A stretch of 64,000 bases of DNA, from assembly GCA_964446345.1 (NCBI GenBank), contig CAYUOL010000001.1, positions 24,132-88,131 on the forward strand, given 5' to 3'. Positions 18,496-28,259 of this stretch are shown one piece after another. Origin of the DNA: an uncultured Iamiaceae bacterium. Its GTDB lineage: Bacteria; Actinomycetota; Acidimicrobiia; Acidimicrobiales; Acidimicrobilacustridaceae. Under the pieces are notes generated by a model. The model was not told where the DNA came from and did not search any database. It worked only from the letters and a program-made list of their open reading frames with translations. Both the position numbers and the translations under genes were made by a program. The stretch's first letter is position 1. Every line of letters starts with the position of its first letter.

Positions 18496-20420
18496 TAGAC
18501 CTCCCGAATTACCAGCGTGCGCTCAACCAACCCGACCTCACCGCTCTCGTACGTCACCGCAGCTTTGACGTGGATTTCTTTCGATCCATCATAAAGTGCG
18601 TCGATAACCGATGCGTATCGTTCTTCAACAACAGAGCGGCGAAGCTTGCGGGTGCGTGTTATCTCTCCATCGTCCGGGTCGAATTCCTTGTGAAGGCTGA
18701 CGAACCGATGCAGCTTCAGTGATTCTGGAAGCGCTTTATTGACCCGATGAAACGCGTCGCCAAGTAGTCCGGCAATTTCGTTCCGTTGCGACAGGTCAGC
18801 GTAGGAGACATAGGGCACCGCGTTGGTCTCTGCCCAATGCCCGGCGGCCTCCAGATCGATACAAACAATAGCCGTTAGTTCGTCCCGACCGGCTCCGAAA
18901 ACGGCTGCGTCTTTTATGTATGGGCTGAACTTCAGCCGATTCTCGATGTAGTTGGGGACGTAACGCTCACCTTCCTTGGTATGGACGACCTCTGACACAC
19001 GCCCCAGCACGACAAGGTGACCATCGTCTTCCAAATATCCGGCATCGCCGGTGTGCAGCCAACCGTCCTTGAGCGTTTCCGCGGTTGCCAGGGGATTGTT
19101 GTAGTACCCCCGAAACACGCTTTCTGCCTTCAGCAGTATTTCACCCCCGTCCGTGACCTTGACCTGAACGCCGGGAAGCGGTCGCCCTACGGTGTGTAGC
19201 TTGACCTCATCGGGCATCTGGATAGCGTTGAAGGCTGCATTCTCGGTCTGGCCATAGAGCTGCCGCAACTTGATCCCCAGCGCGCGGTAGAAAACAAAGG
19301 TGTCCTCCCCAATGGCCTCGCCGCCCGTGAACGCGCTTTTTAGTCTGCTAAGACCGTAGAGGTCTTTTATCGGTCCGAAGACAATGCGTTCGCCGAGCAA
19401 CCGGCCCAGCCATTCCAGATGGCTACCCTCTTGACCGTCGAGCTTTCGCCTTTCCGAAGCAATCGCTCTGTCCGTGAAAAAGTGGTAGAGCCATTTCTTT
19501 AACGGAGTGGAGTTTTCGATTCCGACCTGAATAGAGGTCAGCAAATTGTCCCAGCTGCGCGGGGCAGCAAGATAAAGGCTGGGCGCAATCTCGCGCATGT
19601 CACGCAAGACCGTCTCCTGCCTTTCCGGTACATTGACGGTGAAACGAAAAGCGATTCCGGCAGCCACGGTCAGGGCAAAATCTCCGACCCATGCCATCGG
19701 CAAGTAAGCGAGAACCTCTTCACCATAATTGAATGCCCCGCCAGAATATGCATTGCGAACTGCGGCGATGACATTTCTGTGGCTGAGCACGACCCCCTTT
19801 GGTTTACCGGTCGTGCCTGACGAATGCAGGAATATTGCCGGATCATCCGGCGCCGCGCGATTGACGATGCGGTCCCGCAGTTGCGGATCGGCCTTAAGGT
19901 TCGTCTCGCCTTTATCGTTAAGTTCCTCCCACGACAGGAGCCCCGACGCGTCATAGGTGTTAAGGCCTCTCTTATCCTCGTAGACGATATATTCGATCGT
20001 ACTGCCGGCCTCCCGCAAATCGAGAAATTTGTCGACCTGCTCCTGGTCTTCGGCGAGCGCCGCCACAACCTTCACTTCACCGACGAAGTGGCGCAATTCG
20101 TCCAGCGTCGTCCCAGGGTAGGCTGGCATCGCGTATGCTCCCAGCATCGACGATGCAATCATGCCCGCGTAAAGGCGCGCGCGATTATCGCCAAGAATCA
20201 TGACTGCATTGCCCGGTTGAACTCCGAGAGCGTCAAGGCCAGCAGCGCAAACCAGCACCTCATTGAAATATTCTGACCACGTCATCTCCTTCCAGATGCC
20301 GCGATCTTTTTCCCGCATCGCGATTTTGTTGCCATGCTGGGCGGCATTGTGGACTAGTAGGCGCGGCAGGGTATCGTCTGCAGCGCATGTAGGCATGCTC
20401 ATCACTTTTTCATGCCGCAT
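18495..20420 (-). CDS. Long-chain-type acyl-CoA ligase (AMP-binding) embedded in the ABC operon
   Basis: AMP motif HSSGTTGKPKGV. About 640 aa. Start is ambiguous: ATG at 20420, 20402 or 20396, and the track TTG at 20465 would overlap livG by 56 nt. Confidence 0.85.
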   Translation of the reverse strand: MRHEKVMSMPTCAADDTLPRLLVHNAAQHGNKIAMREKDRGIWKEMTWSEYFNEVLVCAAGLDALGVQPGNAVMILGDNRARLYAGMIASSMLGAYAMPAYPGTTLDELRHFVGEVKVVAALAEDQEQVDKFLDLREAGSTIEYIVYEDKRGLNTYDASGLLSWEELNDKGETNLKADPQLRDRIVNRAAPDDPAIFLHSSGTTGKPKGVVLSHRNVIAAVRNAYSGGAFNYGEEVLAYLPMAWVGDFALTVAAGIAFRFTVNVPERQETVLRDMREIAPSLYLAAPRSWDNLLTSIQVGIENSTPLKKWLYHFFTDRAIASERRKLDGQEGSHLEWLGRLLGERIVFGPIKDLYGLSRLKSAFTGGEAIGEDTFVFYRALGIKLRQLYGQTENAAFNAIQMPDEVKLHTVGRPLPGVQVKVTDGGEILLKAESVFRGYYNNPLATAETLKDGWLHTGDAGYLEDDGHLVVLGRVSEVVHTKEGERYVPNYIENRLKFSPYIKDAAVFGAGRDELTAIVCIDLEAAGHWAETNAVPYVSYADLSQRNEIAGLLGDAFHRVNKALPESLKLHRFVSLHKEFDPDDGEITRTRKLRRSVVEERYASVIDALYDGSKEIHVKAAVTYESGEVGLVERTLVIREV

Positions 20421-21219
20421 GACCGACACCAATATAGGCTTCAATGACCCGCTGATCCTTGACAACCTCCCTGGGCTTGCCCGTTGCGATCATTTCTCCG
20501 TAGTTCAATGCCAGCACGCGATCACATATGCCGGTAATCACATCCATACTGTGTTCGATCAACAAAACGCTCACGCCGCGTTCCGCGCGCGCATCGAGAA
20601 TGAACCTTGCCATATACTCCTTCTCCTCCTGGTTCATTCCAGCCATCGGTTCATCGAGGATCAGAAGGCGCGGTTCCGCCACCAACGCGCGTGCAAGCTC
20701 GACACGCTTCTTCATTCCGATCGGAATGCCGTCGACGAGTTCGTGACGGACACTTTCGAGTTGCAAGAACTCGATCACTTCCTCCACGATTTCGCGGCTT
20801 CGCATTTCGTCGCGACGCGCCAACCACCAGTATAGCGCCGTACGAATGACGCCCGGGCGCATGTGAATATGTCGTCCAAGCAGAATATTGTCGAGCACAC
20901 TCATGCCATTGAAGAGCGCCAGATTCTGAAACGTGCGGGCAACGCCTAAACTCGCCACCTTGTGAGGTGCTGTGCCAGTAATGTCCTTGCCGTCGAGTTT
21001 GATTGTTCCCTTGTTAGGCGGATAAAAGCCGGTTATGGCGTTTGTCAGCGTAGTTTTGCCGCTACCATTTGGGCCGACGAGCCCAAAGATTTCGCCGCGG
21101 TACACACTCAGATCGACACCGGTCACGGCAACAAGGCCGCCGAAGCGTCGTTCAATGCCAGTGCATTGCAGTACCGGTTCCGCTTGGTGAAACGATTTCG
21201 GCACACAATCTTCTGTCAT
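20410..21219 (-). CDS. ABC transporter ATP-binding protein (LivG-like)
   Basis: Walker A GPNGSGKTT, Walker B LLILDEPMAG, and the LivG-type C-terminal extension. Confidence 0.92.
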   Translation of the reverse strand: MTEDCVPKSFHQAEPVLQCTGIERRFGGLVAVTGVDLSVYRGEIFGLVGPNGSGKTTLTNAITGFYPPNKGTIKLDGKDITGTAPHKVASLGVARTFQNLALFNGMSVLDNILLGRHIHMRPGVIRTALYWWLARRDEMRSREIVEEVIEFLQLESVRHELVDGIPIGMKKRVELARALVAEPRLLILDEPMAGMNQEEKEYMARFILDARAERGVSVLLIEHSMDVITGICDRVLALNYGEMIATGKPREVVKDQRVIEAYIGVGHAA

Positions 21220-21256
21220 ACCAGCTCGCTTCGCATTCGCGGCCCGTTGAACCTGG

Positions 21257-22120
21257 TTAGCCTAATTTAAAATAGTCTGGACGCCCCGTCGGCCACGGAT
21301 CACCCCACAGCTGCTGACCACCGTCGACCGTCAAGACTTCTCCAGTAATGAACTTGCCCGACGGCGCAGCCAGGTAAATTACAGCTTCGGCAATATCCCA
21401 CTCGTCTCCAGACCGGCGCATGGGATTTGATTCCTCGAAGGTGGCCGCGCCTTCCGGCGAATAGTTGCCGAATCCGCTGCTTTCACAGCATCCGGGCGCG
21501 ACGCAATTGACCCTGATTTTGTACGGCGCCCATTCCACGGCCACCGATTTGGACAGATAGATCACGCCGGCGCGCGCCGCGCAGGAATGCGCGATGCCTG
21601 GCAGGCCGCGCCAGATGTCGGCGACGATGTTTACGATGGTTCCGGGCTGTCCTGTCGCAACCCATCTCTTCGCTGTCGTCTGCATCATCCACCATGTGCC
21701 ATTGAGGTTGGTGTCGACCACTGCGTTCCAGCCCTTAACTGAGTAGTCGAGTGCCGGCTGTGGGAACTGCCCTCCAGCATTGTTAACGAGAACATCCAGC
21801 CGGCCAAATCGCTCGCCGACTGCGCTGATAAAATTTGCTACCTGCTCTGGATCGCGGATGCTCAATTGACCGCTGAGGACATCGCCGCCGAATCCGCGCA
21901 AATAATCCGCAGCGCTATTCAGTTTTTCTTCATTGCGGCCGCAAATCGCCAATGATGCACCAAGCCGCGCGAAGAGCGAAGCGATTGCCCGACCCAAGCC
22001 GCTGCCAGCACCGGAAACGACGACGGCTTTTCCTTTGAAAAGATCAGGCCTGAAAACCGTCGCGCAATTGCGCAACTTGGATTCCGATAACCCGAACTGC
22101 GCTCGCGGTGAACTGTCCAT
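21257..22120 (-). CDS. SDR oxidoreductase, 2,4-dienoyl-CoA/trans-2-enoyl-CoA reductase-like (DECR/PECR type)
   Basis: ATG 22120 follows GGGAGGGAGG. Has GAGSGLGRA and NNAGG. The active-site region AHSCAARAGVIYLSKSVAVEW resembles the DECR pattern S-x-AAKAGV more than the classical YxxxK. Confidence 0.8.
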   Translation of the reverse strand: MDSSPRAQFGLSESKLRNCATVFRPDLFKGKAVVVSGAGSGLGRAIASLFARLGASLAICGRNEEKLNSAADYLRGFGGDVLSGQLSIRDPEQVANFISAVGERFGRLDVLVNNAGGQFPQPALDYSVKGWNAVVDTNLNGTWWMMQTTAKRWVATGQPGTIVNIVADIWRGLPGIAHSCAARAGVIYLSKSVAVEWAPYKIRVNCVAPGCCESSGFGNYSPEGAATFEESNPMRRSGDEWDIAEAVIYLAAPSGKFITGEVLTVDGGQQLWGDPWPTGRPDYFKLG

Positions 22121-22162
22121 TTCCTCCCTCCCCCCGATCTGTTGTTGTCGGGCTCGATCACA

Positions 22163-22178
22163 TCTAACATGTGTTAGA
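22163..22178. promoter_or_regulatory. Palindromic operator TCTAAC-N4-GTTAGA
   Basis: TCTAACATGTGTTAGA has 7-bp perfect arms. It lies 43 bp upstream of the SDR start codon that heads the long minus-strand operon. Confidence 0.6.
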
Positions 22179-22482
22179 AAACACCGCAAGGTGCTTCAGG
22201 GGAGGCGCTTTCGCTCTTAGCCAGAAAAAGGAACGAGCCTTTCGGGTTCAACACGCAGTCTATTGTGTCCGGCCGTGATCCGATGACCTTCACTGACGCT
22301 GCATGCCGCGCCCGGTCGCGCCGAAGGAACGACGATCGCTCCATCGGCATGTCGTTGGTCCGCATCTCGGCTGCAACGACCGCTTTCCTGAATCTGTTCA
22401 ATTGGCACAATCGCCGCAATCTATACAGCCGCCAAATACTTCACGCGAGCATTCTCAGATGTCGCAGGTGTAGGCCAAACGA

Positions 22483-23652
22483 CTACATTCGTTTGGCGAC
22501 CTCTTCTAGCATGACCTCGCTGGCGCCGCCGCCAATGGCCTGAACTCGGGCATCGCGCGACATCCGCTCCACCGCCATCTCACGCATGTACCCCATGCCT
22601 CCGTGAAACTGAACACAGTCGTAGAGAACCCGGTTCACCAACTCACCGGAGTAGGCCTTGACCATCGAGACTTCACGCACACAGTCGCGGCCCTCGCAGT
22701 CGAGACGAGCAGCGTGATAAACGAGTTGACGCCCCGCTTCGACCCGGGTCTGGCAAACCGCCAGGCGTTGGCGCACAGTCTGTTTGTCCCACAATGCGCC
22801 GCCGAATGCTTTGCGTTGCTTGACGTAAGCAACGGTCAGGTTCAGTGCGGTCTGCGCTTCGGCCACTGCTAGTGCACCCAGCACAATCCGCTCATTCTGG
22901 AAATTCTTCATCACCGAGTAGAAGCCGCGATTGATTTCGCCCAGCACGTTTTCGGCAGGCACGCGAACATTCTCGAAAATCAGCTCGGCGGTGTCCGAAC
23001 ACAGCCATCCCGTTTTCTTCAACGCTCGGCTTACCGAAAAGCCGGGCGCACCTTTCTCGACGGCGAACATCGTGATCCCGCGGGAGCCCTTCGCTCCCGG
23101 ATCGGTCTTGGCGGCGACAAAATACAAGTCGGCGTGCACGCCGTTGGTAATGAACATCTTGGTGCCGTTCAGCACCCAATCAGAACCGCTTTTCACAGCG
23201 CGCGTACGCATACCGGCGACGTCCGATCCCGCGCCCGGCTCAGTGACGGCCACTGCCGTGATCTTCTCACCGCTGGTGATGGCGGGCATCCAACGCGCCT
23301 TCTGCTCCGGCGTCCCGGCGTTTTCCAGATGCGGCGATGCCATATCGGTATGGACCAAAACCGTCGCCGAGAATCCGCCAAAGGTGGAGCGGCCCAGCTC
23401 CTCGGCCAGCATCACACTCGCCATCGTGTCGAGCCCGGCACCGGCATATTCGGGATCATAGCGCATTCCCAGGACGCCGAGCCCGCCCATTCTGCGTAGG
23501 ACGTCGCGAGGTACTAAGCCTTGCTCCTCCCACGCGTGTGCCACCGGAATAACTTCGGTTTCGATGAACCGCCGCAATTGAGCGCGGATCATCTCCAACT
23601 CTTCGTTGAAGGGGAACGCGGTCGCCTCGGTTAGGACTTGACGGGTATTCAT
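22483..23652 (-). CDS. Acyl-CoA dehydrogenase (isovaleryl/citronellyl-CoA dehydrogenase-like)
   Basis: ATG 23652 is in an ATGA overlap with the carboxylase alpha stop. Motifs AVAVTEPGAGSDVAG and FHGGMGY. Confidence 0.88.
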   Translation of the reverse strand: MNTRQVLTEATAFPFNEELEMIRAQLRRFIETEVIPVAHAWEEQGLVPRDVLRRMGGLGVLGMRYDPEYAGAGLDTMASVMLAEELGRSTFGGFSATVLVHTDMASPHLENAGTPEQKARWMPAITSGEKITAVAVTEPGAGSDVAGMRTRAVKSGSDWVLNGTKMFITNGVHADLYFVAAKTDPGAKGSRGITMFAVEKGAPGFSVSRALKKTGWLCSDTAELIFENVRVPAENVLGEINRGFYSVMKNFQNERIVLGALAVAEAQTALNLTVAYVKQRKAFGGALWDKQTVRQRLAVCQTRVEAGRQLVYHAARLDCEGRDCVREVSMVKAYSGELVNRVLYDCVQFHGGMGYMREMAVERMSRDARVQAIGGGASEVMLEEVAKRM

Positions 23653-25664
23653 GTGTCTTCCTTTCGCTCCATTCGGACGAGCGGGGCGCCACCAGCAACG
23701 GTGTCGCCGGTCACGCAATAGATCTCCTTCACGTTGCCGCTCAAGGGGGCGACCAGGCTTTGCAGTAACTTCATTGCCTCCAGCACCACCAATGTCTGAC
23801 CTCGTTCGACAAAGTCGCCCTGCCTGACGCTGAGCTCGACGATCGTGCCGGGCATCGGCGCATTCAGAGTATCCTCGTCAGCTGAACCCGCACCAGCGCC
23901 GTGGCCATGAAGATCCTCGAGCGTGAGGAAATGGACCTGCATCATGCCATCACGGCCCGAAAGATGGACACGCCAGCTCCCGTCGGTACGTTCCAAGTGC
24001 GCGATGCGGGCAAATGGCCGCCCGGCAACGCGCCCCATCAATCGTCCATCGCGGAGTGAGATGTCTTCAACCGAGACCGGTGTCATCTTTGCTCCGCGAA
24101 CCTCCAGCCGCAAATCCTGCCCGACCGCCAAAAGCTCTTCCAGCTCGTCCCCTGCTTGCCAATAGCGTGCCGCACCAGGCCGTCCCGCCCGGTCGGTCAC
24201 ACGCCAGGCACCCAGCGTATGCCACGGGTCGGCATTCGCGCTCTTGGAAAGATGCTGATGCAGCGCCAACGCAGCTAGCGCTCGACTTTCATTGTCTGCC
24301 TCTGGCGCCTTCCAGCCGCCGGGAAAAAGCTGTTCGAGCGCTGCGGTGTGGTGGCGCAGCGAGGCGAAATCTGGATGAGTGAGCAGCGCGCGCTGATAGG
24401 CGATATTCATGCCGACGCCCCCGACGGCGAATTTGTCGAGCGCAGCAACGGCCTGGCGGATTGCACCTTCACGATCGCCTGCCTTCGCAATCAGCTTGGC
24501 GAGCATCGAATCGTAGTGATGGCTCACAACGCTGCCCATCTCGACCCCTGAGTCGAGCCGAAGGTCTGGACCCTTGGGGGGTGCCCAGAGGGTGATCGTG
24601 CCAGTTTCGGGGCGAAAGCGTTCGGCGGGATTCTCAGCTGCAAGGCGAATCTCGATGGCATGACCCGCGCAGCCAATGTCCTTCTGGGTGAAGGCCAATT
24701 CCTCGCCGCGCGCGACTCGCAGTTGCCATTCCACGAGATCGATGCCGGTGATCGCCTCGGTTACGGGATGTTCAACCTGAAGGCGCGTATTCATTTCGAG
24801 GAAATAGAATTCCCGACGTTCAGAGTCGTAGAGATATTCCACCGTGCCAGCCGAGCTGTAGCCGATGGTGCGGGCGAGGCTGACGGCGGCCCCGAGCATT
24901 TTCTCGCGCAGCGGCGCCGGCAGGCCGGGAGCTGGCGCCTCTTCGATCAGCTTCTGGTGGTTGCGTTGGAGCGAGCAATCGCGGTCCCACAGGTGCACAA
25001 CATGACCATAGCTGTCGCCCAAGATCTGCACTTCGACATGGCGTGCGCGTGGAGCGTAGCGTTCAAGAAACACGGTTGCATCGCCAAAGCCGGCAAGCGC
25101 TTCGGCTTTGGCGGCGCGGATCGCCTCACTTGCCGTCTTGAGCTCCATAACAAGCCGCATCCCCCGCCCACCGCCGCCGGCGCTGGCTTTGACGAGGAAT
25201 GGCACGCCGAGGCTCTCGGCTTCCGCGAGCAGCCGCGCTTCGGACTGATCCGCCCCGCGATAGCCGGGCAGAACGGGCACCCCCGCCGCCTCAGCGGCCG
25301 CCTTGGCCTCGATCTTCGAACCCATCCGCGCGATCGCCTCGACAGAGGGGCCGATGAAGACGAGCCCCGCCTCCGCCACGCGGCGAGCGAATTGGGCGCT
25401 TTCCGACAAGAAGCCATAGCCAGGATGCACCGCGCCCGCGCCCGCAGCGCGCGCGGCCTCCAAGATCGCATCGATGTTCAGGTAGCTCCGCGAAGGTGCC
25501 GGCGGGCCGACGCAGATAGCGTGATTGGCCTCGGTTACGAAGGGGGCGTCGCGGTCAGACTCGGAATAAGTGGCGACACTTTCAAGCCCGAGTTTCGCGC
25601 AGGCGCGCTGAATGCGCCGTGCGATCTCGCCTCGATTGGCGATGAGGACGCGCGTGAAGCTCAT
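23649..25664 (-). CDS. Biotin-dependent acyl-CoA carboxylase alpha subunit (biotin carboxylase + BCCP), copy 1
   Basis: N-terminus RVLIANRGEIARRI, an ATP-grasp core, and the C-terminal biotinyl motif LEAMKL. Start 25664 is in an ATGA overlap with the hydratase stop (alternative ATG at 25676). Confidence 0.92.
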   Translation of the reverse strand: MSFTRVLIANRGEIARRIQRACAKLGLESVATYSESDRDAPFVTEANHAICVGPPAPSRSYLNIDAILEAARAAGAGAVHPGYGFLSESAQFARRVAEAGLVFIGPSVEAIARMGSKIEAKAAAEAAGVPVLPGYRGADQSEARLLAEAESLGVPFLVKASAGGGGRGMRLVMELKTASEAIRAAKAEALAGFGDATVFLERYAPRARHVEVQILGDSYGHVVHLWDRDCSLQRNHQKLIEEAPAPGLPAPLREKMLGAAVSLARTIGYSSAGTVEYLYDSERREFYFLEMNTRLQVEHPVTEAITGIDLVEWQLRVARGEELAFTQKDIGCAGHAIEIRLAAENPAERFRPETGTITLWAPPKGPDLRLDSGVEMGSVVSHHYDSMLAKLIAKAGDREGAIRQAVAALDKFAVGGVGMNIAYQRALLTHPDFASLRHHTAALEQLFPGGWKAPEADNESRALAALALHQHLSKSANADPWHTLGAWRVTDRAGRPGAARYWQAGDELEELLAVGQDLRLEVRGAKMTPVSVEDISLRDGRLMGRVAGRPFARIAHLERTDGSWRVHLSGRDGMMQVHFLTLEDLHGHGAGAGSADEDTLNAPMPGTIVELSVRQGDFVERGQTLVVLEAMKLLQSLVAPLSGNVKEIYCVTGDTVAGGAPLVRMERKEDT

Positions 25665-26458
25665 TTCACGCGCCATGAGGGCGTGCCCTTGCTCAAGAAG
25701 CAGTTGATGCCTTCAACTCCCTCTTCGGTCTCCCAGGCGTCGGCCAACCGGTCGGCGGTATAGATCATGTTGGCGTGGAGATCGTGCCGGGCGACATAGG
25801 CGATGAGCCGCTTGGTTTCGGCCACTGCCCCCGGAGCGGCCTGTAGATGGGCATTGACGACGCGCTCGACTGCCTTGTCTAGCGCCTCGGCTGCCACGAC
25901 CTCGGTCAGAAGCCCGAGCCGCTCGGCACGCGCACTATCGAATAACGCTCCCGACAGCATGGTCTCGCGTGCGGCAGCCGCTCCGATCTTCGCCACCACA
26001 TAGGGGGAGATATTGGAGGGCAGCAGGCCCATTCGTACCTCCGTAAGACCGAACTTCGAGCCTTCGATGCCGATCGTGTAGTCGCACACCGAGATCAGGC
26101 CAACGCCGCCACCGTAGGCCGGGCCGTTGACGCGCCCGATCAACGGCTTGCGCAGGGTGTCGAGGCTGCGTAGCAGATGAGCCAGCGATGCGCTCTGTGC
26201 CACCCGCTCAATGCGCGTCTTTTCCACGTTCGAGGCAAACCAGTTGAAGTCGCCTCCCGCGCAAAAACTCTTGCCTGCACCGGTCAGCACCACGATGCGC
26301 ACGGCTGGGTCGTCCGCCAGTATCTGAGCTGCCGCACCCAGGTCAGCCATCAGTTCGCCATTGATCGCATTGTGCTTCTCCGCACGACTGAGCGTCAGCG
26401 TCGCAACCCCGCGGGCATCCACGTCGACGATGACGGTGTTGTGTACGCCGAGCTTCAT
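25661..26458 (-). CDS. Enoyl-CoA hydratase (methylglutaconyl-/isohexenylglutaconyl-CoA hydratase-like)
   Basis: Crotonase motif GAGKSFCAGGDFNWF. It sits between the carboxylase beta and alpha genes, as LiuC/AtuE do. Confidence 0.85.
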   Translation of the reverse strand: MKLGVHNTVIVDVDARGVATLTLSRAEKHNAINGELMADLGAAAQILADDPAVRIVVLTGAGKSFCAGGDFNWFASNVEKTRIERVAQSASLAHLLRSLDTLRKPLIGRVNGPAYGGGVGLISVCDYTIGIEGSKFGLTEVRMGLLPSNISPYVVAKIGAAAARETMLSGALFDSARAERLGLLTEVVAAEALDKAVERVVNAHLQAAPGAVAETKRLIAYVARHDLHANMIYTADRLADAWETEEGVEGINCFLSKGTPSWRVK

Positions 26459-26470
26459 GGTTGCATTGTC

Positions 26471-28069
26471 TCACATTCTAAAGACGGGCGTATGGCGCCC
26501 GGCCTCGGGCACCGAGGTCACGATGGCCAGGCACAGCCCGAGGACGTCGCGCGTTTGACCCGGCTCAATCAGACCGTCGTCCCACAGCCGCGAGGTTGCA
26601 TAGTAAGGATCGGATTGTTCCGCATATTGCGCGCGCACTGCGAGCTCGATCTTCTCCAGCTCCGCCTGCATCTGCCTCTCGTCGCCCCCCTTTTGACGAC
26701 GCAACTCCATCATCACGCTTGCTGCGATGTCCGCTGACATGGTGGCAACTTCTGCCGTCGGCCATGCAAACAGGAAGCGCGGCGCAAATCCGCGGCCGCA
26801 CATTCCATAGTTACCCGCCCCATAGGAGCCGCCAACGATCATCGAAAGTTTGGGCACTTTGGCCACCGACATGGCATAAACCAGCTTGGCGCTATTCTTG
26901 GCGATGCCGCCGCGCTCGGCCTCCGTGCCGACCATGAAGCCTGTGACATTGTGCAGGAAGATAAGGGGCAGATTTCTCTGATCGCACATTGAGACGAACT
27001 GTGCACCCTTGAGCGAAGAGTCCGACAGAAGCGCGCCGTTGTTACCCAAGATGCCGACCTGATAGCCGTGAATACGTGCAGTGCCACAGACCAGCGTTGC
27101 CCCCCAATCGGGTTTGAATTCGTGGAACTCACCGGCATCGATGATGCGCAACAGGAGCTCGCGCACGTCATAGGGCTCCTTACGGTCGCCGCTCACGACA
27201 CCCAGAAGCTCCTCGGGATCATAAAGCGGACGGCGCGGTGGAGCTGTGGGCGCGGTTGGGCGTGTCAGCCCCAGACTAGCGACGATATCGCGCATGAGTG
27301 CGAGCGCGTGATGCTCGTTTTCGGCTAGATGATCGCTCACGCCCGAGACGCGGGTATGCATCTCGGCCCCCCCGAGGGTCTCGCCATCGACTTCCTCGCC
27401 GATCGCCACCTTGACAATCGAAGGGCCACCCAGATGAATGCGGGCATTGCCGCGCACCATGATGACCTCGTCAGAGAGCGCGGGAATATAAGCTCCACCA
27501 GCGGTGCAGCCGCCAAACACTGCCGATATCTGCGGCAGCCCCGAAGCCGACATGTTGCATTGCCGATAGAAGGCGTTGCCGAAATCGCGCCCCCCAGGAA
27601 ACACTCGGTCCTGCTCGGGCAAATAGGCACCGCCGCAGTCAACGAGATAGAGACAAGGCAGCCGATTTTGGTCAGCGATCTCCTGTGCGCGAATGTGTTT
27701 CTGCACCGTCTCGTGATAGAATGATCCGCCTTTGACCGTAGCGTCGTTGGCGATCAGCATGCAGTGCAGGCCGTGGATGATTCCAATGCCAGTGACGATG
27801 CCCGCACCCGGTACCTCGCCGCCATACTGCCCCCATGCCGCCAAGCTCGAAAGCTCCAGAAATGCCGAGCCGGGATCGACCAGGACGTCGATGCGCTCGC
27901 GCACCAGCAACTTGCCGCGAGCGCGGTGCCGCTCAACAATTTCAACCCGTCCACCACCTGTGGCCTCGGCCATTCGGTCGCGCAGAAGCGCTATGCGCGC
28001 CTTTTGTGTAGCGCGGTTGCGAATAAATCGTTCAGAGGCGATGTTGAGTGATGAAGAAAGGCTCCTCAT
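26471..28069 (-). CDS. Acyl-CoA carboxylase carboxyltransferase (beta) subunit, copy 1
   Basis: 532 aa. Motifs ANDATVKGGSFY, CTAGGAYIPALSDE and a second CT domain; MCCase/GCCase beta-like. Confidence 0.92.
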   Translation of the reverse strand: MRSLSSSLNIASERFIRNRATQKARIALLRDRMAEATGGGRVEIVERHRARGKLLVRERIDVLVDPGSAFLELSSLAAWGQYGGEVPGAGIVTGIGIIHGLHCMLIANDATVKGGSFYHETVQKHIRAQEIADQNRLPCLYLVDCGGAYLPEQDRVFPGGRDFGNAFYRQCNMSASGLPQISAVFGGCTAGGAYIPALSDEVIMVRGNARIHLGGPSIVKVAIGEEVDGETLGGAEMHTRVSGVSDHLAENEHHALALMRDIVASLGLTRPTAPTAPPRRPLYDPEELLGVVSGDRKEPYDVRELLLRIIDAGEFHEFKPDWGATLVCGTARIHGYQVGILGNNGALLSDSSLKGAQFVSMCDQRNLPLIFLHNVTGFMVGTEAERGGIAKNSAKLVYAMSVAKVPKLSMIVGGSYGAGNYGMCGRGFAPRFLFAWPTAEVATMSADIAASVMMELRRQKGGDERQMQAELEKIELAVRAQYAEQSDPYYATSRLWDDGLIEPGQTRDVLGLCLAIVTSVPEAGRHTPVFRM

Positions 28070-28132
28070 TCGTTCTTCTCAGACTGTTCACCGGTGCTAC
28101 TGTCGCGGATGCGTCCAGAGCAATTGCCGTTT

Positions 28133-28148
28133 TCTAACATCCGTTTGA
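28133..28148. promoter_or_regulatory. Near-consensus copy of the TCTAAC-N4-GTTAGA operator
   Basis: TCTAACATCCGTTTGA has 5/6 in the right arm. It lies in the divergent region between carboxyltransferase (start 28069) and SDR (start 28260). Confidence 0.4.
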
Positions 28149-28259
28149 TTTTTGTCAACGTCTTCGGTAAGCTGCATCTGCGGAGAGTGCACGTGTGCAA
28201 GAAATGGCAATCTGACCATCATCGGCGAGTCGTTCTGGGAATAATATTGGAAAGCGGAG

